Source: the human T2T-CHM13v2.0 reference genome, Homo sapiens. From it: a stretch of 64,000 bases of DNA. Location of the stretch: assembly GCF_009914755.1 (NCBI RefSeq), contig NC_060934.1, one strand, 5' to 3'. The position numbers were made by a program, and so were the translations under genes. A model generated the notes under the pieces. That model saw nothing but the letters and a program-made list of their open reading frames with translations. It made no database searches and was not told the origin of the DNA. This document shows positions 1 to 19,107 of this stretch, piece after piece; within the stretch, counting starts at the first letter, position 1; every line of letters starts with the position of its first letter.

Positions 1-416
1 ACTCCAGCCTGGATGACAGAGTGAGGCCCTGTCTCCAAAATAAATAAATAAACATAAAAGCTAAATACATAAATAAGTAAATATATTGGGCCAGGCACAG
101 TAGTTCACGCCTGTAATCCCAGCACTTTGGGAGGCAAAAGCAGGTCAATTGCTTGAGCCCAGGAGTTTGAGACCAGGCTGGGCCACGTGGCAAAACCTCG
201 TCTTTCTACCAAAAATACAAAAATTAGCCAAGAGCAGTGGTACATGCCTGTCGTCCCAGCTACAGGACAGTTTTGAAACACATGAACTATCACAATCTTG
301 CAAATTCTATGAAACTGTGTCTTTTATTTTTAAAATCATGAAAGTTTTGCATTTTCTCCATTACTTCTATGTTTGTTACAGTATAACAATGACACTTTCC
401 CTAACTATACAGTTAA

Positions 417-815
<399 letters not shown>

Positions 816-1605
816 TGAGCCACCGCACCCAGCCAGGACTTCTTGATCTCCTTTGTCAAATGCCTGAGTGTTCAATGAATGATTGAACATGTCAAAGTCA
901 AATAAAATATAGAGATGAATTTCTACGTTTAAAAAGTCTTATTTGGGAAGCAAAAATTGCAATTCGAGCACACAGGCCGGGTGTCCTTCAATTTGAAAAA
1001 CAGGCGGTTACAGCAGCCAGGTTTGCAGAGAATTGCATTCTTGGAGCAATGTTTTGTACCCTGAGTGCTTTTTCACTCCTTGCTTCTCCATCTTTAATTG
1101 GATATGACAAGGATGATCCAATTTGTATGATCAACTTCCATGAACATTATGTTGTCTAAATAAGGAGAAACTCCTATGGATAAATTGCCCTTAGTAACCA
1201 AACAGTTGACTTCACACAGCCATTCAGTTCACACTTAAAAGGAAAGCTCACAAACCTCTTTCACTGGCTTTAGACCAATACATGTAGAAAGATTTACTTA
1301 TACATTAGGGAAGCCAAAATATATGTTTATATTAATTCCATTCATTTATTCATTGCTTAAGTCCAAGGAGAAAATTTCATAGTTCTGTTCCTTGTGGCTT
1401 AGCCTAGCATCTTGAAAAAGGATAATCCCTAAGTATTAAGTAAAGATCAGGGGATCTTCAAGGTATAGTATAAAAGGCACTGGCCTGGGAATCAGAAGAA
1501 GGGAATCAGAAGAAGTGGGTTCTAGTCCTCCCTCTACTAGGAGCCTACCACCTGTCATTAGGAAAGAAATTTAATGTCTTTTTCTTTTTCTTTTCTTTTC
1601 TTTTC

Positions 1606-1636
<31 letters not shown>

Positions 1637-1781
1637 GAGATGGTGTCACGCTCTGTTGCCCAGGCTGGAGTGCAGTGGCACAAATCTAGGCTCACTGCAA
1701 CCCCTGCTCCCTGGGTTCAAGTGATTCTCATCCTTCAGCCTCCCAAATACCTGGACTACAGGTGTGCACCACCATACTTAG

Positions 1782-1952
<171 letters not shown>

Positions 1953-2418
1953 TAATCTTTATGAGTGGATTGTAGAAACCATGGAATTGCTTAAGATTGA
2001 CATGTTTTCTGAACTAAAATGAGTGAAATGTGTATATTCATCATCTGACAAGCCAGTTGTTTAATGTAGTCAACATGCTTGTTATGTAATCACTTCTGGT
2101 TGTATTTCTAAATTCTGGGCCTCCCAACTTCTCTAGCAGGTCAAGCCAGGAGGACTTTCATGAACTACATCAGCATGCCAATCCCAACCATTCACTAAGA
2201 TTCACTCTTAGATTTTGCTGGGAAATATAAGATACAAATAAAATTGCCAAAGTGACTCCTCATGGTTATATTATGCAGAGAGATAGACTGTTGTTATGTT
2301 GTTTCCTTAGAAATCATTACAAGCTGCTTCACGTGTGTGTGTGTGTCACAGTATATTACATGTGCAATATATTATACATGCAATATATTAAAAGATACAG
2401 GTTGGTCACTGTGGCTCA

Positions 2419-2823
<405 letters not shown>

Positions 2824-2884
2824 TCATCTGAGGTTGGGGGTTGGCAACCAGCCTGACCAACATAGAGAGACCTCATCTCTACTA

Positions 2885-3043
<159 letters not shown>

Positions 3044-3684
3044 TCAAAAAAAAAAAAAAAAAAAAAGAATCTCGGGCACAGGCTTTGGCCATCCAAATGG
3101 ACAGTCCTGTTAACAAACACCAAAGAAAGAACTGATAAATCTGGTCATTTCTGACAACACGTGTTTTCTGCCACTGCTATTTCTATTATGGCCACATGGA
3201 GTCACTGTTGAAAACTGTCCAATGCTTTCTCACCCAATGCTAGGATGAAGCAATGCCCTGCTGTTTCAAATGTCCTCATAAAAACAGCTTACATTTACTT
3301 TGAACATACTGTGTGACAGTATTGTGTTGTGTCTAATTACATCACAATATGCCTGTGAATGTTGTTGTTATCCCCATTTTATGGATATGAAAATTGAGAA
3401 AATTAAGCAAAATGACCAAGGTCATAGAATAAGTGGTGATTCCAACACAGATTTGACTGACTTTCTAATCATTGTGATTATAGGTCCATCCCTTAAACTT
3501 GTTCATGCTTTTTGATCTAGTAATTCCATTACTAGAAATCTATCTGAATTAGAGATGCACATGAAGGTACATACAGGAATTTTCAATGCCATATCTGTAG
3601 GAAAGTTAGAAGCAATCTACAGTTCCAATGTGAGGAGGGGACTACTTAATTTGTAATCTATCCACAGATTAGAATACTATTAGA

Positions 3685-4085
3685 TTATAAATATAGATCT
3701 CTATTTATACATATGTTACATATAATTTATATGTAATATATAATATGTATTATACTACATATTTATATTATATATAATATAATTTATATGTAATATATGT
3801 AAATATAGATCTCTATTTTTATATGTTACATATATGTATACATCATATGTATATATCATATTTATGTTACATATGTTATATCATATTTACATGTGTTACA
3901 TCGATATATATTTTATGTAACAATATATAAACGTGTAATATGTAAACATGTATATTATATATAACACATATATACATATTACATTGTATGTAACATATAT
4001 GAAGAGATCTAAGTTTATATGTATATCACATATATATGTATATTTACATATATATACACACGTATATACACATACACACACACAT

Positions 4086-4137
<52 letters not shown>

Positions 4138-4138
4138 T
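3685..4138. repeat. AT-rich (TA)n-like low-complexity region ending in (CA)n
   Basis: Direct reading. Confidence 0.9.
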
Positions 4139-4421
4139 TTAGAGACAGGGTCTACTATGATGCCCAGGCTGGAGTGCAGTGGTTGTTTACAAGCACAATC
4201 ATAGGTCACTGTGGCCTAAGACTCTTGGGCTCAAGTGATCCTCCTGCCATAGCCTCCAGAGTAGCTGGAGCTACATACATGCCACCATGCCCAGCTAACA
4301 TATTACATTTATTAAGTGATTAATATTAATATTAGCCACTTATAGTTCTAAGCATTTTAGGTATATTGGCTCAGTTAACACCCACAAAACCCTAGGATAC
4401 AGGTAGTAATAGAATATTTTA

Positions 4422-4823
<402 letters not shown>

Positions 4824-4987
4824 CTATGGAGACCATGAAGAATCAGTGAGACTGAAAGTCATGTACCAGTGCCCATAGGCAAATGTTTTAAAGTGTGAAC
4901 ATTGGATTTTGGAATCTGACACTAATGTTCTTGCAGTTTGGCTTTGTGTATTCCCAAGTAAGTTTTCTTTCTGTTTTTGGGAGACTA

Positions 4988-5185
4988 TAGTTTCTAAAGT
5001 TGGTCCAGGGAACTGATTCGTGAGTCAGAAGTATTTGGTGAGCTTACTAAAATATAGATTTCTGGGCTGCACCCTTAGAATTACTTCATCAGAATATCTA
5101 GAAGTGCGATTCAGGAATCTGTATTTTTTTTAAAACAAGGTTTAGCATTTATAAATGGTTTTAGCTAAAGCATGAGAACCATTAC
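4988..5185. mobile_element. MER5A-like DNA transposon remnant
   Basis: gagcttactaaaatatagatttctgggctgcaccc...aggaatctgtatttt resembles the MER5A consensus. Confidence 0.5.
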
Positions 5186-6906
5186 TGAAGACCATCACTG
5201 GATGTGTGCCAATAATTCATGGAATTCTAGATTTACTTTTTAATTTACTTTTCTTTCTCTCTTTTTTTGAAACAGAGTTTCACTCTGTCACCCAGGCTGG
5301 AGTGCAATGGTGTGAACACAGCTCACTGCAGCTTTAAACTCCTGGGTTCAAGCGGTCCTCCCCCGTCAGCCTCCCAAGTAGCGAGCCTCCATACCTGGCT
5401 AGTTTTTGTATTTTATGTAGAGACAGATTGTCTCCATGTTTCCCAGGCTGGTATCAAACTCTAGAGCTCAAGAGATCTTCCAGTCTTGGCTTCCCAAAGT
5501 GCTGGGATTATAGGCATGATCCACCACACCTACTCTTTGTATTTAATTTTCTGAAAAGGATATGGTCTTCTTTTTTCATTTTATTTCATTTTATTTTATT
5601 ATTTTATTTTTATAGAGACAAGGTCTACCTATGTTGCCCAGGCTGGCCTCGAACTCCTGGGCTCAAGGGATCCTTCTGCCTCAGCCTCCCAACGTGCTAA
5701 AATTACAGGCATGAGCCATAACGCACAGCGCTAAAGAGTATGTTTTACCACATGAAAAACATCTCATCAAATCCAGTTATTGCTGGAGTTAAGCACTTTT
5801 CTCCATGCAGACCAAGTGGATGCTTTTTTTCTATGCTTGCTTCCATATTAATTTTTGACTTAGATTTCAGAGACTTTTATTAATTTACTTACATGTGATT
5901 TTCAACTGTGATCCCCTCTTTAGTAATGAGTTCTATGAACTTAGACCCCAATAATTCCATGAATTCAGATGCACAGTCACTCATACAAGTACAGCATTAC
6001 TCATTTCTATTATTTTGTTTGTTTGTTTGTTTGAGATGGGGTCTGACTCTGTTGCCCAGGCTGGAGTGCAGTGCAGTCTGGAGCTCCCAGGCTTAAGTGA
6101 TCCATCCCCTCATCTCGGCCTCAAGAGTAGTTGGCACTACAGGTGGATGCCACCATGCCCAGCTAATTTTATTTATTTATTTATTTATTTGTAGATACAG
6201 CGTCTCCCTATGTTGCCCAGGCTGGTCTTGAACTCCTGGGCTCAAGCAATCCTCCCCACTTGGCCTCTCAAAGTGCTAGGACTACAGGAGTGAGCCACCG
6301 CGCCTGGACCACTATTCCTGCCACATTTAGTACTAACTCATGTCTTCTTTTCTTCAGAATAAGAAAGGAAGAAAAGTGTCCTTGGAAGAGACAAGAGACA
6401 AGAGAGATTGCTGTCCCGTGTTTCTTTCCTCTGCAGGCTGTTGTATCCTGTCAGAGCCATCTGTCACTGGATCTCTTAGGAAATGCTACTGCTGCCAGAC
6501 TGTCTTGTGGGCAGAAGTGCCTGTACCTGCCAGTGGTTGCAAGGCAGAGGAAACAGCCTCTAGTTGGATGGGGACCAGCATCTGGGAAATACTCTGACTC
6601 CACTCCTGGGGATAGAACCCATGTTTTCTTCCTGGGTCAAGCCACTTCTCGTTGGTCTATGGCAATCCAGCTGGGTTAGGAAAAGAAAAGCCCGCCTGGG
6701 CAGCCACATAGCTAAAGGCTCAGGACATTAAACACTAGGCTTGCTCTTCTTTGTCCCAGTGTATTAAAAAACAAACACTCCATGTAGTTCCCTGAGACAC
6801 AAAAACAGGCCTTTAAACTGACCTTTCTAAAGAAACTGTTAGCTGGGCATGGTGGCTCACACCTGTAATCCCAGCACTTTGGGAGGCCGAGGCAGGCAGA
6901 TCACTA

Positions 6907-7371
<465 letters not shown>

Positions 7372-8639
7372 TCAGGCCTGTAATCCCGGCACTTTGGGAG
7401 GCCAAGGTGGGCAGATCACCTGAGGTCAGCAGTTTGAAATCAGCCTGACCAAAATGGTGAAACCCCGTCTCTACTAAAAGTACAAGAATTAGCCAGGCTG
7501 TGGTGGCGCACACTGTAATTCCAGCGACTCAGGAGGCTGAGGCGGGAGAATCGCTTGAACCCTGGAGGTGGAGGTTGCAGTGACCCGGGATTGTGCCACT
7601 ATACTCCAGCCTGGATGACAGAGGGAGACCCTGTCTCAAAAGAAAAGAAAAGAAAGAAAAAAAGAACCTGTTAAGATCTCCTAAAGCCTCTGCAAACTAT
7701 GTCAAACATTCAATAGTTCCTTAGTTGGGTATTTTCTTAAAATTTTCCTGTTTCTTATCAATGTTAGATATTTTTCCAAGAACTCAAGGGAGATTTGCAG
7801 TGGGATAATCCAGTTCACATGGTAAAAATGAAACCACTACCACATAGCTTGTGATGCAATAAAGTAAGTGAAATAAAAGAGGCACAAAAGGAAACCGGAA
7901 GTTTCCATATCTTAAAAAGAAAAGCCACAGTGATAAGGCTTCAACCTGCTGAGTCGGTTACCCAGGTTTCTCCAGGCACTGGAGAAACCTCCATGCGGGG
8001 TTTCTGTTACTAACAGAGCCCTATTGAGTTGAAAGAAAAACCCATCCACCACCAAGCGCTACTCTATTTCTCTGGCATCAAGAAGGTTAACTTTTTTCAC
8101 TCTATTTATGCCTTTTTTTTTTTCCTATAATCAAGGAAAGTAAAGCTCAAAGGGATTAAATAGCTTTTCTAAATCAACAGCTAGTATCAGGCCAAAAAAG
8201 AAAAAAATTGGCATCTGGATGTTATATAACACTAAAGCCCATATTTTTTTCTTTTACCTCAGACTTTCCACCAGGGACTAAAACAGGTTCAAATACTGTG
8301 TAATTGATTGTATTTGATTATGGTGTATTTATGGGGACTATGTAAAGCAACATTTCTTTATAATATTATTTTCTTTTCTTTTTTTTTTTGAGACCGAGTC
8401 TTGCTCTGTTGCCCAGGCTAGAATGCAGTGGCAAGATCTGTCCATATCAATTAATAACAAAATTGAAACACGGACTTAAGTGACAAATGTTTATTCATCC
8501 ACAGTGACTTTTGACTTATACCAGGTTGCTATAATCTAGAACATTATGTTTATGTGAGCGTCACAGTCTCAGAAATATTCTCCCTGACCTAAGTAAGTTC
8601 TAGTCCCAAAGTATCTCTCCCCATCCCATTCACTTCCTT

Positions 8640-8840
8640 CACCTTGTTCATTTCCTCTTGAAACGTGTCATAAATTGTGCACTTATGTGTATTTATTTAT
8701 TTGTTCAGTGTCTCTCTCTCCCTGACAAAACTCTAGACTCCATGAAGGCCATTGAGTTTTGTGCACTGCTGCTCCCCAGCACCTAAAACTGTGACTGGCA
8801 TATACTACACACTCAAATATTTGTTGCATGAACGGATAAA
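8640..8840 (+). mobile_element. L2 3' end
   Basis: ctccatgaaggc...ccccagcacctaaaactgtgactggcatata...ctcaaatatttgttgcatgaa resembles the L2 terminus. Confidence 0.6.
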
Positions 8841-10594
8841 GGAGCAGAATTGTCTTTTAAACGATATAGTGGTTATTCTTTTCTTCTCACTTGCAAAGCT
8901 GATTTTAGAAGCAGGTGCCAGAGATAAAGGTTACAAAATCTTAATATCTGTGCTTTACAAAATCAGAACGATGTTCACTAAAATGTTGACAGCAATTATT
9001 GTTGATCTGAGTGTTGGGATTGGTGGGTAAATTTCATTATCCCTATTTTCTAGCAAGTCTTTAGTAAACAGGAATTGTTTTGAAATCAGATTTAAGCTTT
9101 TAAAAAGTATAAACTCTTGGTATGCTCTCTAATTTGCTGTTCTTCTGAGAGCAGTTAGAGCTATAATCTGTGCATCAGGATGGGGAGCATCTGAAGTTTC
9201 CCCAAATGTAACTAACTAGAGCCAAGAAGGTACATCTCAATATTCCAGTATCTCCTTCTGCCAGGAGGTCTCTGCACCCAGACTATGCTCTGTGAATCTT
9301 GGATCTGAGGGATAAAACTGGGGGACCCAACTGGGCAGCAGTTGACTTAGCTAGAACCACTCATGGTGGTGGGTTTCAGGCAAACAAGGATGTGGGAGGC
9401 AACTTGGTGTCAACTGAGGGCTGCATGCATAAGTGAGGGGGACTGGCCAGTGGCTTCATGGTTGACAGCAGCCCATGAGTAATGTGGGCTGTACCTCCAA
9501 TACCTATAGCAATCCCTGGGGCCCACTGATGTGCGTAAGTGTCTCTTGAATGAGTGGGTGACTTAGCACCTGCGAAGTCCAAGAATATAGTAACCTAATG
9601 GCTATATAATTTTGAAGGCAATATATTTGAGTTAGAATTTTGGCCATGTGTATTATCTGAGTGATCTTGGACAAGTTACTAATCTCCAAATTTCAGATCC
9701 CTCAAATACAAAACAAGCCTTGTAACAGCAACTTTCAGGGTCACTGCATCAGGGATATTAACTGAGTAAATGAAAGTATGTTTTTCAAAAACATTTTAGT
9801 ACAGTATAAATACATGCAATACATGATTTCACTTTTCTCCTATGGTTAGAGCTGTAGGTTAAGAGGTTTTGATATTATGAAAAGTAAAATGAAAACAAGA
9901 TAGCTTTTCTTTTTTCCATTATATAATAAAGAAACCAAAGCTCTACGAGTTTAAGTGACTTGCCCAAGGTCACATGGACAGAAAATGGGGAAGCAGAGAT
10001 TTGAATTTAAAAAGTGTTCTTTTCACTTGGTTAGTATTTCCAAGGAACAGTCCCTTCTTGCTTTCTGAAGTTCAGATTTCAGGGGCCCAAGCCTACCTCT
10101 ACTGAATGAGAATTTCCTAGGTGATACTTATAAGGCAAATGGGAATCACTGGTCCTAAAACCAAGCCATCATCAGCATGGAGTTAAGATTCTGAGTGAAT
10201 GTGCCCCCCTGTGACAGGCTGGCCATGCCCATAAGGGACTATCCTAAGGCGACAGCCTGCCCCTCAAGACAGGTGACGGATAATCTCCTCTTCCCTCGAT
10301 TATGTTGTTGGAATAAGGATGGAGCTACAGTAACAACTAATGAATTGAGGCCACAGTCACCATTTATTGCCTGTGATTTTGCTACACAGATAGAAGTAAG
10401 ATAGGCAGATATGCTATTAAACATTAGAAAAGGGCCAGGGGGCTGGGCACGGTGGTTCACGCCTGTAATCCCAGCACTTCTGGAGGCCAAGGCGGATGGA
10501 TCACCTGAGGTCAGGAATTGGAGACCAGCCTGGCCAACATGGTGAAACTCCATCTCTACTAAAAATACAAAAATTAACCGGGCATGGTGGCTCA

Positions 10595-11185
<591 letters not shown>

Positions 11186-11752
11186 CTAGCTGCTTGGGAG
11201 GCTGAAGACAGTGGATTGCTTAAGCCCAGCAGTTTCAGGCTGCAGTGAGCTATGATCACCACAGCACTCCAGTCTGGGTGACAGAGTGAGGCCTCGTCTC
11301 AAATAAATAAATAAATATTAGAAAACATAAAGTAGGTCAAAAGTACCAGAAAATACAAACTCTGCCCATTGGCAGTGGTGTGCTAGTAAATACTTAAGAA
11401 TCAGCTTTCTGAAAGCCCTGCCCTGATGTGTAGTATTTGCTGATTTCTGTGATGTAAATTCTCCCACCACGACGTATTTCAAGTTACCAATGCGAGGCCA
11501 CAGAATGCAATGTTGGAAAGAGAAGTACATCATTATGCAGTGTTTCCACCACACAGATATGACAGACCTAACTAACCTGGAGAGCCTCGAGAAGGGACAA
11601 ATGTAACACGATTATCAGGAAGTGGTGAGTTTTTTGTATTTATTATCTTTGCCTTTAATATATACTTTACTTTTTTGGAATTTTTAAATTTTATTTTATT
11701 TATTGCTGAGACAGGTTCTCACTGTGTTGCCCACGCTGGAGTGCAGTGGTGA

Positions 11753-11926
<174 letters not shown>

Positions 11927-13592
11927 TGATCCACCCACCTTGGCCTCCCAAAGTGCACCCAGCCAGGAATTTTATTTTTAATAACGGCTATGTTTAACAA
12001 CTCATTCTCACAGTTCTCTGAAAAGTTTAATGCTGGCTCTGGTTAAGGCCTTAACAAGGGATTGCAACAGGCCACTGCCTTTAGGAGTCTCTGGGCAGGG
12101 AACTGTTGTTGTAGGGAAAGTGTTGGCCTGGAAGACTGGGATTTGTGCTAGATCTGGCTGGGCAGATGGGAAAGATGCCTCCCTCTCCCTCAAACATTCT
12201 CGGGAACACCGTAGAAACAGGCCTGAAGCCCCAGCAATACCTCCTCCCACCTCCTATTGTCCCATCCAGAACTTCCTCAGCATCTCTGGATGAGAGGAGG
12301 CAGCACGTCTCTTTGTGTTCCTGCAAACCTGGAGAAATTAAGGCAGGACTACTTTAAGGGTGAGCAAAACTAGTGTCCTATTTCGAAGGTGTCCTGAGCT
12401 CAGCCCTCCCTCACATCCCTACTCCCAGGAAATAGCTGAAATTCCTTGACAGCCCCTCCCCTGAGTTAGAGATCAAAGATTAAAACATTAGACCTGCAAA
12501 CTGCCTGAAACTCATTCACGTCTTCAGCCCGCATAGGAAAGAAGCTGGTCTGGGAGAGCAGGCTGAGGCATTTCACAACCGGCGCATGGCAACCCTGTTT
12601 TCCTCCAATGGGCACCAACAAACACCAGCTGCACACAGAGTTGCCTTTGCTGCAGGAGGCAGAGTCACTGCCTGTAGATGCAGGAAGTTGTTTATTTGAG
12701 TTTAGAGTCAGCCAGACATGGATTAGAATCGGGTTTCCCTGGACACTTAACCTCTTTAAACTCATGTAAATCCCACGCGTAAATGGAGAGAATAGGACCC
12801 ACCTCAGGACTGTCGTGACAGTCAAAGGAGATAATCCATCTACAAGGCTTAGCAGAGTCCCTGGAACACAGTGTGTGCTCAAAATGCAGTTGTTATTAAT
12901 GGTTTTCAAAAAATTTTTATCTATTTATTTATTTTTTAGGTGGAGTCTTGTTCTTGTTGCCCAGGCTGAAGTGCATTGATGCAATCTCAGCTCACTATAA
13001 CCTCTGCCTCCTGGGTTCAAGCCATTCTCTTGCCTCAGCCTCTTGAGTAGCTGGGATTACAGGCCCCTGCCACCACACCCGGCTAATTTTTGTGTTTTTA
13101 GTAGAGACAGGGTTTCACCATGTTAGCCAGGCTGGTCTCAAACTCCTGACCTCAAGGGATCAGCCCACCTGGGCCTCCCAAAGTGCTGGGATTACAGGCA
13201 TGAGTCACCACGTCCAGACTAAATATTATTTCTAATACAGTCAGAGTGTATGATGATGCTTCATTATTACAAAATTGATCAATCAAAGCATCTAAGTATT
13301 AAGGAAAAAATCCTTCTGGGCTGAGTGCGGGTGGCTCATGCCTGAAATCTCAGCATTTTGGGAGGCCAAGCAGGAGGATTGCCAGAGGCTGGGAGTTCCA
13401 GACCAGCCTAGCCAATATAATGAGACCCCTGTCTTTAAAAAAATAATAAAAATTTAAAATATTGTTTTAAAAAGGAAAAAAGTTCTGATGGGCATTACTC
13501 CATAGATTTAATTTAAAAAGGCAAGCAATCTCCCCTCACCACACTAAAGAAACTTAATTTGCTGGCAATTGCTTTTAGTACTGCAGCATAAC

Positions 13593-14861
<1,269 letters not shown>

Positions 14862-15018
14862 AAGGAAAAGTCAAGGAACAAAATGTGTTTAGCTCAGCTT
14901 AAAACAAAGTCTCACATGAAGATAAGCACACCACATCCTTTTAAATCCGTTTCCCAAACCATTGCATGGGGAAAACACCATTTCAAAAAGACTAATAAAT
15001 TATTTTTGAAGGGTATAA

Positions 15019-15268
<250 letters not shown>

Positions 15269-17590
15269 TGATCTGCCCGCCCCGGTCTCCCAACGTGCTG
15301 GGATTACAGGTATGAGCCACTGCACCTGGTCACGCATGTTCTTTTTTTTTTTTTAAAGACAGAGTCCTGCTCTGTCACCCAAGCTGGAGTGCAGTGGCCT
15401 GATCACAGCTCACTGCAGTCTCGACCTCCTCAGCTCAGTCGATCCTCTCACCTCAACCTCTTGATTAGATGGGAGTACAGGTACCCCCACCACATAGGCT
15501 AATTAAAAAACGAATTTTTTTTAGAGATGGAGTCTCACTATATCGCCCAGGCTGGTCTCCTGGGCTCAGGTGATTCTCCCAGCTCAGCCTCCCAAACTGT
15601 GGGATTACAGGGTGAGCCACCATGCCCAGCCCTTTTTTCTGTTTTTATGCATTTACACTTGCATGTACAGGATGGGGATCAGATTATATATATATATATT
15701 TAACCAATTCCTCCCCCTGCCCAAACAATATGTTGACAGCAGTTCCCTCCCTTCACAGGCAGAGCCTTCACTGTGCAGTATTTTCAGGCCCTGCATTGTA
15801 CTGAGGGGAGACAGGACTGTGAGGTTAATATGTAAAGGAGTGAGAGGAGGCACTTAAGGTTGCATATGGGAAATCTCCACCAACTCAATTGGGGCTACAC
15901 CATAGCATTTAGCCCTAGGCAGTTTAAGGAGATAGGGAGTTGGAGAGAGCATGATTGCTGAGCCTTTCTCCCCCTTTAAAAGTTTAGCAAGTGAGGCCGG
16001 GTGTTGTGGCTCATGCCTGTAATCCTAACACTTTGGGAGGCCGAGGCAGGTGGATCATTTGAGGTCAGGAGTTCGAGACCAACCTGGCCAACTTGGTGAA
16101 ACCCTGTCTCTACTAAAAATACAAAAAATTAGCCAGGCGTGGTGGCACAGGCCTGTAATCTCAGCTACTCGGGAGGCTGAGGCAGGATAATCGCTTGAAC
16201 CTTGCAGGGGCAGAGGTTGCAGTGAGCTGAGATCACACCACTGCACTCCAGCCTGAATGACAGAGCAAGGCTCCATCTCAAAAAAAAAAAAAAAAAAAGT
16301 GTGGCAAGTGAAAGCTACTGCATGCGCATGAGGACACAGTCTTGCACAGTTCTGGGTGCTAGCAGTCCTATGCCATGTGGTCATTTCGGAAGGCCATGAT
16401 CAAGAAACCCTGCACAAGGAGTTTCCATTTGGGAGGTGGAACACAGGAGCACAGACCAATAGTTCTGTTTTTAAAGTGCAGTTCGAGAACCTCAAATTTG
16501 GGGAAGCCACAACACTAAGTAAGTAATAAAATTCTTAACATTTAGCATACAGAATAATGCTATTTAGGCCCTTTGAGAGACCTACATTTTAGTTTTCTGC
16601 ACATGAGAACAGATGGTCTTGGTTCATATACAGGCCCAATTTACACCCAGCCTTCAAGATAAACAACAGCCACAGCTGAGTGAATTTAGGAACTCCCCTT
16701 CCCTTCCCAGGGTTACCGGGGACTTCTCTCCCCTTCCCCCACGGGAGGACCTCATCTCTGCCTGGGGCCCCATTTCCCTTGCTCAGTTGCTATTTTCACT
16801 TTACACAGGAAAGGCAAAAGCTGGTGAGCTACCTCCCAAAGGGGAGGAGAAGGAAAACGGAAGGAGGAGGATGGAGAAGACTGTCCCTTTCAACCTTGTC
16901 TGCATTCCTCCCCCATAGTCCTAAGGTGGATGGGAAGGGAAGAGGGTTGTAAGAGCTGAGGGCATAGTCTTGCCTATTGCTGTACCATGAATGCATTATA
17001 GATACTCATCTCTATTGCTTAAGGCAGGCAGGTGGGCCTGTGGCTCTAGGGCCTGGTGTCTTTCCAATCTCACCTGGGTTGTCTTAGAGGGCTGCTGGGG
17101 GACAGCAGAATCTAATGAAGCACCCTGTGGTCCCCACAGGTCTGATGGATGGCTCTGCTCCACCTCAAGATGCTAAGTGAGGCTGAACAGGTTCTCATGA
17201 CTGCATGGTCATGAATAGAGGGCCTAGCCTGTGTTAGAGGAAGGAGTTTATGTTTTAGGTATTGGAGCAGATGGCCATAGTCCAAGGAGCAGTCAGTGGC
17301 AGAGGTGGGGCATGGGGTGGAGCTGTTCGTTCCCACAGTGGAAAAGGCAACCCTAAATGTCTACCTCCGTTGGATACTTCATTCTTTGGGCCGATGTGCC
17401 TTTTCAGTGGTATCCAAGGTAACTGCTCTAAGGATGCATGCATTTTCTGCATGTTACTTTGTCATTTTGAAAATCCCGCCCCTCTTTTTTTTTTTTTTTT
17501 TTGAGACAGAGTCTCACTCTGTCACTTAGGCTGCAGCACAGTGACATGATCATAGCTCACTGCAGCCTCAACATCCTGGGCTCAAGAAAC

Positions 17591-18159
17591 TGAGGACCAG
17601 AGAGACTGATATGGAGAACAGGAGGATTGTTTATTTTAGGTATGCACCGGCTCAGTGGATTCGCATCCAAAAAGCTGAGCATTGAACAAAGACTGAGTGG
17701 GGTTTTTATAAGCAAACCTACAAAAGCCAAACAAAAGCAATTAATCATACAGTAACAGGTCACATAATCTATAGCATAACTGTTGACTTAGCATAACTTG
17801 TGGCCTTGCATAGCTAGTGACCTTATAGCTGCGTCAAAAGAAAAATAAGAACTGGCTAAATACAGAGATTTGTAAAACATAATCATGCTTAAGAAACCAG
17901 GGAAAGGAGTAACAGTAAAAGAATTTGTCTTTTTCTTCTTTTTTTTTTTTCCTTCAACCTTTCTCTGGAGGGGGGTGTTGTCTGGAGCCCATTCCTTTGT
18001 CCTTGGCTTTCTGGACAGCATTATCTTATAACTCTTCTTGAAGTGAGCTTGCTAGGCAGAGGAAAACTTGAAACTTGTTCTTTTCTTTTTAACCTTTGCC
18101 GTGCCTGTTACTTTTCTTACAGTGAATGAATGCATATTTATTTTTAAATTTCTGCCTCA
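17591..18159 (-). mobile_element. ERV solo LTR (probably ERV1 class, family not assigned) inserted in an antisense Alu
   Basis: TGAGG...CCTCA inverted termini, 569 bp; minus-strand TATAAAA (17704-17710) and AATAAA (17630-17635); Alu sequence on both sides (about 17485-17590 and 18160-18355). Confidence 0.7.
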
Positions 18160-18369
18160 TCTCAGCCTTCCGAGTAGCTTGGACTACAGGTGCGTGCCAC
18201 CATGGCCAGTTAATGTTTTAAATTTTTTTTTTTTTTTTTTTTGTAGAGAGAGGATTTTGCCATGTTGCCCAACCTGGTCTTGAACTCCTGGGCTCAAGAA
18301 ATCCTCCCCTGGCCTCCAAAAGTGCTGGGATTACAGGTGTGAGCCACCATGTCCTGCTTGAAACTCTTA

Positions 18370-19107
<738 letters not shown>

